Part shown: positions 14,266-24,100 of the stretch, piece after piece
How the letters are laid out: each line of letters opens with the position of its first letter
How positions within the stretch are numbered: position 1 is the stretch's first letter
Assembly: GCA_963726745.1 (NCBI GenBank)
Contig: CAVSDR010000004.1
Coordinates: forward strand, 288,001 to 352,000
Direction of reading: 5' to 3'
DNA: 64,000 nucleotides
Origin: an uncultured Verrucomicrobiae bacterium
GTDB lineage: Bacteria; Verrucomicrobiota; Verrucomicrobiia; Chthoniobacterales; UBA10450
Made by a program: the position numbers and the translations under genes
The notes under the pieces: model-generated
Told to the model about the DNA's origin: nothing
The model's database searches: none
Seen by the model: only the letters and a program-made list of their open reading frames with translations

Positions 14266-17200
14266 TTAGGCAATGTTCTCCAACAGCGCCGCCGGGGCCT
14301 GGCCGCCAACTTTGACGTCGAGACCTAACGACTGCATTTCCTTGATGAGCACGTTGAAGCTTTCAGGCGTGCCCGCCTCGAGCGAGTTATCGCCCTTCAC
14401 AATCGACTCGTAGATGCGCGTGCGTCCTTGCACGTCATCCGATTTCACGGTCAGCAATTCCTGCAAGGTATAGGCTGCGCCATAGGCCTCGAGCGCCCAG
14501 ACCTCCATCTCGCCGAAGCGTTGGCCGCCATACTGCGCTTTACCGCCCAGCGGCTGCTGGGTCACGAGCGAGTAAGGTCCAACCGCGCGGGCGTGAATCT
14601 TGTCGGCCACCAAGTGGCCGAGCTTAAGCATGTAGATGTAACCGACTACGACTTCCTGGTCGAAGGTGTCACCGGTGCGACCGTCGTAGAGTCGGGCCTT
14701 GCCGGTTTCCTGCACCCAGGTAAAGCCGTCCACCTTCTTCGCCTCCTTGAGGTATTCGCGAATCTTGGTTTCGGGAATGCCGTCAAACACAGGCGTCGCC
14801 ACCTTGAAGCCGAGCGCTTTCGCGGCCACGCCAAGGTGAGTCTCGAGAACCTGGCCGACGTTCATGCGGCTGGGCACGCCCAGCGGGTTAAGCACGATTT
14901 CCACCGGCGTTCCATCCGCGAGGAAAGGCATGTCTTCTTCCGGCACAATCCGGGCGACGACGCCCTTGTTGCCGTGACGGCCGGCCATCTTGTCACCTAC
15001 CGACAGCTTGCGCTTCGAGGCGATGTAAACCTTCACCTGCTTGATAATGCCGGGGTCAATGTCGTCGCCGCTTTCGACGCGATCCATCGAGCGTTCCCGC
15101 TCGAGTTCGAGCTCGGCGAACTTGTGTTCGTAGGAGGCAATGATCTCGCGGATCTTGTTGCGGATCGGAGACGGATCGATCTCGATGTGATCGTAAACGT
15201 TGGCCAGCTTGCGCAGGAGCGTCTTGGTGATCTTGCGATTCGCCGGGATGATGATCTCGCCGGTCTCGGCGTTGACCACGTCGAGCGGGATTTTTTCACC
15301 CAGCAAGATGTTGGAGAGCGAGTCAGTCAGTTGCTCGGTCAGCTCTTCCTTCTTCTTCTTGTTGTCTTCCGTGATCGTCTTGAGCTGACGCTTCGTCTCC
15401 GTCGGCGTGAGCTTTTCGCGCGAACCGACTTCACGGCGCGACGAAACTTTCACGTCCATCACGATGCCGTAAGTGCCCGAGGGAACCGTGAGCGAGGTGT
15501 CCTTCACGTCGGCGGCTTTTTCGCCGAAAATGGCGCGCAGGAGGCGCTCTTCCGGCGCGAGTTCGGTCTCGCTCTTCGGTGTGATCTTGCCGACTAAAAT
15601 ATCGCCGGGCTTCACTTCCGCACCGACGCGCACAACGCCGTCCGTGCCGAGGTTGCGCAGCGCTTCTTCGGAAACGTTCGGGATGTCACGCGTGATCTCT
15701 TCCGGCCCCAGCTTGGTGTCACGGGCGCCGATCTCGAACTCGTCGATGTGGATCGAAGTGTAGATATCTTCCTTCACGACCTTCTCGGAGATCATGATGG
15801 CGTCCTCGAAGTTGTAGCCGTTCCACGGCATGAAGGCGACGAGGACATTCCGGCCAAGCGCGAGCTCGCCCTTGTCGGTGTTCGGGCCGTCCGCGATGAC
15901 TTGACCTTTCTTCACGTGCTGGCCTTTCTTCACGATCGGCTTCTGGTTCACACAGGTGCCGGCGTTCGAGCGCATGAACTTTCGCAGCTCATAGACGTGA
16001 ATGCCCGCTTCGTGGTCAGTCTTAAGCTTCTTCCGACTTTCCGGGAGGTGGCCGTCCTTCGTGACCACGATCTGGTCGGCGGTCACAGAAGCGACCTTGC
16101 CGGCTTCGATTGAAACCACGACTGCGTGCGAATCGCGCGCGACTTTGCCTTCAAGACCAGTGCCGACAAGCGGTGACTCGCTGACGATCAGCGGCACGCC
16201 CTGGCGCTGCATGTTCGAACCCATGAGCGCGCGGTTGGCGTCATCGTGTTCGAGGAACGGAATCAAGCCGGCGGCGACGGAGACAAGCTGCTTTGGCGAA
16301 ACGTCCATGTAGTGGACCTTGGAAGGTTCCACTTCGAGGAAGTCGCCCCGGTAACGCACCGAGACTTTCTCCTGCGTGAGATGACCCTTCGCGTCCATGG
16401 TCGCGTTCGCCTGCGCCACGAGGAAGTTTTCCTCGCGATCGCCAGTGAGGTAATCGACTTCGTCGGTCACGCGGCCGTTGGTTACCTTGCGGTAAGGCGT
16501 TTCGATGAAGCCGAATTCGTTGATCCGGGCAAAAGTAGACATCGAGCTGATGAGACCGATGTTCGGACCTTCCGGCGTCTCGATCGGACAAATGCGACCG
16601 TAGTGCGACGGATGCACGTCGCGGACTTCAAAGCCGGCGCGATCGCGCGAGAGGCCGCCCGGCCCGAGGGCCGAGAGACGACGCTTGTGCGTCAACTCCG
16701 CGAGCGGATTCGTCTGATCCATGAACTGCGACAGCTGCGAGCGGCCGAAGAAATCGCGAATGACGGCGCTGAGCGCTTTCGGATTGATCAACTTCTGCGG
16801 CGTCATGCCATCGATGTTGATGTCAAACAAGGTCATGCGCTCCTTCACCAGACGCTCGGTGCGGGCAAGGCCTACGCGGCACTGGTTAGCCAGCAACTCG
16901 CCGACGGTGCGGACGCGACGGCTGCCAAGGTGATCGATGTCGTCCAGCGTGCCTTCGCCGCGGCGGAGACTAATGAGATACTTGATCGCGCCGATGAAAT
17001 CCTTGTCGGTCACGATGCGCTCGCCGAGATCGACGTCGATGCTCAGTTTCTGGTTGATCTTGTAACGACCCACGCGCCCGAGATCGTATTTCTTCGGATC
17101 GAAGAAGAGCCGCTTTGAGGAGCGCCTTGGCATTCGCCACCGTAGGCGGATCGCCAGGGCGGAGCTTGCGGTAAATATCCTTGAGCGCTTCTTCCTGGTC

Positions 17201-18079
17201 GTGCGCCGGGTCTTTCTTCAGCGCCTTGACCACGGTGTCGTCGTTCGAGATGTCGATCACCTTCACCTCTTTTTGCCCAAGGGTCATGATTTGGCGCACG
17301 GTCGCGGCAGTCAGCGGCTCAAAGGCGCGCGCCACGGTCGCCTCGCCGTCGAGCACGTCGGCAATCAGCACTTTGGTGGCGAGCTCTTCCTCACCGAGCT
17401 TCTCGCTCAGCTTGAGCGTCTCGATGTTATAGAAAAGTTTGATCACCTCTTCATCCGAACCGTAGCCGAGAGCGCGGAGGAAAGTGGTGGCGAGGAATTT
17501 CCGCCGGCGTTTGCGCCGATCGAGATAGATGTAAAGCAAATCACTGGTGTCGAACTGCACTTCGATCCAGGAGCCGCGATCCGGAATGATCCGGAAGCTG
17601 TAGAGCACCTTGCCGTTTAAGTGAATGCTCGACTCAAAAGCGATGCCTGGGGACCGATGGAGCTGCGAAACGACGACGCGCTCGGCGCCGTTGATCACAA
17701 AAGTGCCCTGCGGCGTCATGAGCGGGATTTCGCCCATGTAAACTTTCTCTTCCTTGGTTCCCTTCTCCTCGCGGAGCTGGAAAGTGACGTGCAGCGGCGC
17801 GCTAAAGGTCTGGCCTTCGCGCTGGGCCTCGAGCGCGCTCAGCTTCGGCTCGCCGATTTCGTAATGGCTGAAATCGAGCGTGGCCTTCTCGTCGTAGCTC
17901 TCGATCGGGAAAACTTCCTTGAACACGGCTTGCAGGCCGGACATTTTCCGCTTCGAAGCGGGCACGTCCTTCTGGAGGAAATCGACGTAGGAATTGAGCT
18001 GGACCTCGATGAGGTTCGGCGGCTCGATCGCCTCTTTGATGGTGCCGAAGTGGATACGTTCTGCGTTGCGTTCTGACAT
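14266..18079 (-). CDS. rpoB: RNA polymerase beta subunit; +1 frameshift at ~17114-17116 (probable sequencing error)
   Basis: [21 protein letters not shown] in the 5' [26 protein letters not shown] and GGQRFGEME in the 3' ORF. CTC AAAG CGG CTC restores ..[11 protein letters not shown] if one A is removed. Confidence 0.97.
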
Positions 18080-18298
18080 AAACGTGGGACCTGCAATCGT
18101 GAATCCGTCGGCAGGAGAGCCGCGGACTCTGGGGTTTATCGCATCGACCGGATGCGAAGACGACAAAACTGGCAGCGAAACAGCAGGGTGTCAAATTGAC
18201 CACCGCTGTCCCGTTGCCAGTTCTGATTTAAACCGTCTTGGAGAGTGCTAAAAATAGCGATTCGCTGACTTCTAACGAAGACAACCTTGGGCCAGACG

Positions 18299-18331
18299 CA
18301 AACGGCGCGCAAGGATTTTCTTGCGCGCCGC
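18299..18331 (-). terminator. Hairpin terminator/attenuator between rplL and rpoB
   Basis: CGGCGCGCAAG..CTTGCGCGCCG stem followed by TTT on the minus strand. Confidence 0.6.
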
Positions 18332-18349
18332 TGTGTCTGAAAGCGTTTG

Positions 18350-18733
18350 TTACTTGATCTCGACCTTGGCGCCGGCAGCCTCGATCTTCTTCTTGATCTC
18401 GTCGGCTTCGGCCTTGGTAACACCTTCCTTGATCGTCTTGGGAGCGCCCTCGACCAAAGCCTTCGCTTCGGCCAACCCGAGCCCGGGAACTGCGCCACGC
18501 ACTTCCTTGATGACTCCGATTTTGTTCGAGCCCATGTCGGTCAGGATGACGTCAAAAGCTGTCTTCTCTTCAGCTGCGGGAGCCGCAGCGCCACCGCCGC
18601 CAGCAGGTGCGGCCATCGCGACCGGAGCCGCGGCGCTCACGCCCCATTTTTCCTCGAGCTGTTTCACCAGGCCCGCGATTTCCAAAACGGTCAATCCGCT
18701 GAGCTGGTCCACCAATGCGTTTGTATCTGCCAT
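18350..18733 (-). CDS. rplL: 50S ribosomal protein L7/L12
   Basis: [46 protein letters not shown]. Confidence 0.98.
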   Translation of the reverse strand: MADTNALVDQLSGLTVLEIAGLVKQLEEKWGVSAAAPVAMAAPAGGGGAAAPAAEEKTAFDVILTDMGSNKIGVIKEVRGAVPGLGLAEAKALVEGAPKTIKEGVTKAEADEIKKKIEAAGAKVEIK

Positions 18734-18859
18734 GTTCTTGTTTTTCCTCAGTTTGCCGCCTCCGGAAGCCTCCGGAGAATTGAACCCGGTAGCCACCGGG
18801 TCGGACAGTTGTTCTTGGTTGCTCGCCCCGCATCGGCAGGACGAAAGTCATTAAAGTCG

Positions 18860-19402
18860 TTAGGCTGCAGCCGCGGCTTCGGCGGGCTGGCCGCCACCCT
18901 GGTCGGCCTTGGCCTGCAGGACGCGGGCAAGCGCGGAAGCAGGTTCGTTCAAGACGCGCACAAGCTGCGTTGCCGGCATCTGGAAAAGTCCCAAGAGCTG
19001 GCCCAGGAGCACGTCTCGCGCGGGCAATTCTGCCAGCGCTTCCACGTCTGCGGTTGAGAGCACCTCTTTGTCAACCACGCCCACCTTGAGCGCCGCGATC
19101 TTAAATTCAGCGGCGAAGGTCTTGAGGATCTTTGCCACCGGCGCGACGTCGTTCTCGCCGATCACGACCGCCGTCTGGCCGGTCAATTGCCCGGCGACAT
19201 CCGGCATTCCGCTGTCGGCCATGGCGCGCTTCAGGAAGCTGTTCTTGACCACGCGCAGTTCGGCACCGGCCGGCATCAGGCGGCTGCGAAGTTCGCCAAA
19301 TTGGGTCACCTTCATCTTCTGGTAGTCGGTCACCAGCATAAACGGCGACTTCGCCAGTTTCTCGGAAAGGTCCGCGACGATGTTTGCTTTTTCAGGTCTC
19401 AT
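18860..19402 (-). CDS. rplJ: 50S ribosomal protein L10
   Basis: MRPEKANIV..TDY..ELRSRL..VVKNS; position between rplA and rplL. Confidence 0.95.
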   Translation of the reverse strand: MRPEKANIVADLSEKLAKSPFMLVTDYQKMKVTQFGELRSRLMPAGAELRVVKNSFLKRAMADSGMPDVAGQLTGQTAVVIGENDVAPVAKILKTFAAEFKIAALKVGVVDKEVLSTADVEALAELPARDVLLGQLLGLFQMPATQLVRVLNEPASALARVLQAKADQGGGQPAEAAAAA

Positions 19403-19417
19403 GTTTGCTCTCTCCGA

Positions 19418-20119
19418 TTAAATGCTGAGGTAAGGCGAAGGATCCACCGCGAGGCCGGGCGACATCGTCGCGCTGAGCGACATGCCCTCGACGAAGCGGC
19501 CCTTGGCTGTTGCTGGACGGGCGCGCACCACGGCTTCGATCACCGCGGTGCCGTTCTCGACCAGTTGGTCTTCCGCGAAAGAAAATTTACCCAGCGGGAC
19601 GGCGATATTGCCGTTCTTGTCGAGCTTAAATTCCACGCGGCCAGCCTTCACTTCGCGCACCGCGGTCGCGGTATCGTCGGTCACCGTGCCCGTCTTCGGG
19701 TTGGGCATCAGACCACGAGGACCGAGCACTTTGCCGAGCTTGCGCACTTCCGCCATCGCAGCCGGGGTCGCCACGGCGACGTCAAAATCTTGGAAGCCTT
19801 CCTGGCATTTCGCGATCATGTCCTTATAGCCGACATATTCAGCGCCGGCGTTCCGGGCCGCGGTCGCCGCGTCGCCTTCGGCGAAAACCAGCACTCGGAC
19901 CTGTTTGCCGCTGCCGTGTGGGAGCGGGCAAGTGCCGCGCACCATCTGGTCGGACTGCTTCGGATCCACCCCGAGGCGGAAAGACATGGTCACAGTCTGG
20001 TCGAACTTCGGCGCCGGAAGTTTCTTCAGCGTAGAGATGGCTTCCGGAAGATTGTAAGCCTTGGTGCGGTCGACTTGCTCGGCGGCCGCGCGATAACGTT
20101 TGCTGCGATTGTTTTGCAT
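19418..20119 (-). CDS. rplA: 50S ribosomal protein L1
   Basis: KFDQTV, LGVDPKQSDQMVRG, LGPRGLMPNPKTGTVT. Confidence 0.98.
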   Translation of the reverse strand: MQNNRSKRYRAAAEQVDRTKAYNLPEAISTLKKLPAPKFDQTVTMSFRLGVDPKQSDQMVRGTCPLPHGSGKQVRVLVFAEGDAATAARNAGAEYVGYKDMIAKCQEGFQDFDVAVATPAAMAEVRKLGKVLGPRGLMPNPKTGTVTDDTATAVREVKAGRVEFKLDKNGNIAVPLGKFSFAEDQLVENGTAVIEAVVRARPATAKGRFVEGMSLSATMSPGLAVDPSPYLSI

Positions 20120-20188
20120 AATGAAATCAGTCCGAACGAGCGGGATTGCTCTCCTGAAAAGGCCTGCTCCGGGAGGAGCGGGACGTGG

Positions 20189-20216
20189 AAAGTAGCGGGC
20201 CCTCCCTGATTGTCAA
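20189..20216 (-). promoter_or_regulatory. Sigma70-type promoter for rplA-rplJ-rplL
   Basis: Minus strand TTGACA-N16-TACTTT, about 70 nt upstream of the rplA ATG. Confidence 0.65.
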
Positions 20217-20305
20217 AACCGTTTTATGTCCCGGAGCGGGAAAGAAGAGAACCCGCGCGAAAGCATTGCCAAGGACGATCTGACTTTATAAAAACTGGAC
20301 ACACT

Positions 20306-21139
20306 ATGAACTCCCAGATCAAAACCCTCCTTGCCATAGCCGCGACTTCCGCCGGACTCACCTTCCCCTCCTTTGCGGCGCCGATCGATTTCGGCGAAGT
20401 CTCCCTGCTGGTGCGCGCCGGCGAGAGCCAGCCAGCCATCGCCCGCGAAGTTTCCCGTCGGAAACTCACCCATCCGCTCACCACCCAGGAAGAAACCAAG
20501 CTGAAAGCCCAAGGCGCGAGCGACTCGTTAGTCCAGCAGCTGCGGCAACCGGAAAACGCTCTCCCATCCGCAGAGGCTGCGGCCTACGACGCGCAACGCG
20601 AGCAACGCCGCGAAGCCGCGCGCACAAACGCGAACGACGAAAACGCCTCCACCCGGGGACCCCAGGTGCACGTCTTCAACGTTGCCTTCGGCCACCCGAT
20701 TAATCTCAGCCAATGGGGCGGCTACGACTACGAGATCGCCTTCCAATCCTTCCGCTACGCGGGCGAAACCCAGATCATCCCGGTGATGCTCGATCCCTAT
20801 CGCAGCATCACGGAAATTAGCCGACCAGTTCGCTTCACCAGCGAAGACGAAGCCTTCGCGAGCGATTACTTCCTCACCAACAGCGTGCGCAACAAGCGCT
20901 TCACTCCCTACAGTGCGCAGGGCGATTTCCGCGACCCGCGTCTGCAAAACAGCGACACCGTTTCGGTCAGCTCCACCAGCGCCTCGCGACCGCTCCCGAT
21001 CGATTGGCAAAACCCTACCTTCATCAAAGGCCAACCCTATGCCTTCTATCCGGTCTACGGCGCCGGCCAGGTCGCGCTCTATTACATCGGGCAGGCTAAC
21101 GACCGCACCGCGCGCGTGGCTATTGTCACGCGGCGGTGA
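20306..21139 (+). CDS. Hypothetical exported protein
   Basis: Signal peptide MNSQIKTLLAIAATSAGLTFPSFA; coding-like codon usage; no recognised family. Confidence 0.7.
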   Translation: MNSQIKTLLAIAATSAGLTFPSFAAPIDFGEVSLLVRAGESQPAIAREVSRRKLTHPLTTQEETKLKAQGASDSLVQQLRQPENALPSAEAAAYDAQREQRREAARTNANDENASTRGPQVHVFNVAFGHPINLSQWGGYDYEIAFQSFRYAGETQIIPVMLDPYRSITEISRPVRFTSEDEAFASDYFLTNSVRNKRFTPYSAQGDFRDPRLQNSDTVSVSSTSASRPLPIDWQNPTFIKGQPYAFYPVYGAGQVALYYIGQANDRTARVAIVTRR

Positions 21140-21154
21140 GGTCGCACCTTCGAG

Positions 21155-24100
21155 CTACGGCCGGACGATCGCAGTCGGCGGTGTGCTTGCACTCGTTAGG
21201 GCGAAGACCTCTACGATGCCCACCCCGGTGCCTCCGTTTTTCCCGCGCACGATTGCAGTCGAGGGGCCAGGCATGAAGTTGAAGATCAGCGCCGACTCGC
21301 GGTCGTCGGTTGGCGCCAGTCCGGTGCCTTCAATGTCTGCCTGCGCGACATCCTTCCAGTCGTCGTTCGAGGCGATGACGTCGCCAGCCGCGTTGTAGAC
21401 TTGCATCGTGGGATCTGCCAGGAGGCCGGTGAGCCCTGAGCTGGCGAGTGATGGGCCGCGCGCACGCAGGATTACCTTGGAAACGCCGCTACCGCCGGGC
21501 CCCACGATCAACCCAGCGATCAGCACTTCATCGCCGCTGCCGACGAAGCAACGTGTGCTGATGTTGCTCAAGCGGGCGCTGCTCGCCGTGCCCAGGTCGA
21601 AGACCTCCACCAGCCCGATGCCGGTAGTGTTGTGCGCCCCGGAAAGCACCGCGGTGTAAGCGCCAGGATCGAGCGTGGCCACGATCGCCGACTCGGAGTC
21701 GTGCGTCGGCGCGAGCATCGAATTTTCGATCTCAAGTTGCTGGCTGTCTTTCCAGTTATCGTTCATCGCCACGAGGGTGCCGCCGGCGTAGAGCTTGAGC
21801 AGCGGATCGGCCAGCACCGTGGAAAGGCCGCGTCCGCTCAGGGTCTGGCCCAGGCCGCGGATGATCACCTTCTTCGGTTCGCCGCCGGTGATGATGAAGC
21901 CGCCGATGCCCACCTTGTCTGCCGTGAGCACGCACAGGCGGCTGGAGAGATTAAGCAACGGCGCGCCCTGCACGATGGTGGCCTCGGCGACAAAAAAGCC
22001 GTCGATCAAGGTGGCGACCTCGCCGCCGGTGGTGAGCAGGATGCTGCGGAAGCCAATGGCTGCGCCGGAAGCGATCGAGATGCGCACCTTCGCATGCGTC
22101 GCATCCGTCACCGTGACCGAGAGCACCGTGATCCCATCGCCGAACGAGGCGGTGGTGGTGCCGTTGACGAAGCTCGTGTTCGAGCCGGTCACATCGACGT
22201 CGAGCACCTGGCCGCGCTCGCCGGCATTCGGAAGCGCGCCGATTAACTGCGGCACGACCGCCACGCTGCTATTCACAAAGAGCGCCCGCTGCTTGTCCTC
22301 CGTGGCGCCGTCGGTGGTCACATCCGCAGCGCGGAAACCGATTCGCGCCGACGGGTCCACTTCCACCATCGCCTCGATCAAGGTGGGCGAGAGGACCGTG
22401 CGTGACGTAATCGTGATCCCGTCGCCTAACGAGAGCATGGAAGTGTCCTTCCAGGCGGTGTTGATCCCGCGGACGGTGACTTTTTGCGCGGTGTTTTGGC
22501 TAACCGCGTTTGGTTCCACGCTTAATAGCGTGGGCGCGGTGATCTCCGGCACGATCTCGACCAGGTCGCGGCCCGCAGCAGTTTCGGTGGCGGAGCCGAG
22601 CGGAGTCTGCACGGTCACGTCGCGGAAGCCGAGCGTGGCGCTGGCATCGACATTCACCAAAACGGTAAGCCGCGTGGCGGTGGAGACCGTGACCGAGACG
22701 ACATCGATGCCCGTCCCGGCAAAGCTCACGGTGCTGCCCGTCCGCCAGTTCGTCCCGCGGCCGACGAGCTCGATCGCGAGCATCGTGCCCTGCGGCAGAT
22801 TATCGGAATCTGCCTGCAGCACGCTCGGTCCGAGGGTGCTCGACATGATGTTGAAGAGAGCGGCTTCGTATTCCGTGCGCGCGCCGGTATTCACGTCGTC
22901 GCGCACGATGAAAGCGCCGCCTGTTTCCGCCGACATGGTCGAGAAGAGCTGCACCGCCGAGGTCAGGAAAGCGAAGGCATCCTCCGCGACCTTGAGCCGA
23001 TAAGCCGAGGGTGTGCTGCTCGTGGAGCGCGTAACCGCGACGAAATAATCTCCCGAAACCGTCGGCCGGAAGGTCAATTGCGCCGGCCGGCTGCTAAATG
23101 GAGATCCACTTGTAATGAAGGTCGTCCCGTCGGTGTCGTAGAGCGTCACCAGCGGAGTCGTTCCGCCCTCGAGGAAAGCGGTCACAGCGTAGGGCCGGCC
23201 AGCTTCCAGATGCACCTGGAAATAGTCCGCCGCATCCGGTGCCAGGCCCACTAACCCGCGCACTTCCTCCTGGTTCACCAGCAGGGTGGTGGCAGTCGCC
23301 GGCGTGTCGCCGCCTTCATCCGGCGGCGGCTGGCCGGGGTCCACGATCGGGTCCTGGCCCGGGTCGTCATCGCCTGGTTTCGAGGGATAGATCCCGAAGC
23401 GCGTGGCGCCGGCGCCGCTAACGAACTGGATCTGCGGCGTGGCCGGGGCTGCATCCTCCGCCTGTGGCGGGTTCAGCGTGGCGCCGGCCATGATGCCAAC
23501 GCAATCGCCGGAAAGCACCGTGTTCATGGTCACGCGCTTGGCCCGCAATTGCGCCACGACCGCGCCATTATCCACGCCTGGCTGCGAGGAGGCGTCGGTC
23601 GCGAAAAGGATCGTGCCTCCCGGAGAGATGTTGCCGGCTGCCACCTGCAGCGCCTGCGCGCCCGCTTCCGGGCAATCGCCGCCGCCCGAGGCAAAGAGCG
23701 CGGCCACCGCGGAGCGCACGGCATCGAGGTTGTTCGAGGTGATCCGGGTGGTCACGTTATCCTTGAAGGTGATCAACTGAATCGTCGGCGGCGTGCCACC
23801 ACGCGCCGCGACCGCATCGATGAAGCTTTGCAGCGCACTCCGGACGCCGGCGATTTCTTCGCCCATGCTGCCGGTATCATCGATCACGAAGATGATCGAG
23901 ATGCCGCCGATGCTCCGCGCCCGGCTCCAATAATGGTCGAGCGTGCCGCCCGGCGTCACCGGCGCGCTGGTGTTCTTCCCTTCCACGACCCACTTCACCA
24001 CGCTGTCGCCTCCCACGATCGTGGCCCATTCAGCCATCGAAGGCGTGAAGGTGGTGACGTTCCCGAGTTCCTTCTCGAAGATGATCGAGCTGAAGTCGTT

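Noticed and set aside
14266..18079. rpoB, purL and purM as pseudogenes, split genes or programmed frameshifts
   Set aside because: Each has a single extra base, no shared slippery motif and no other decay; sequencing error is the simpler explanation.
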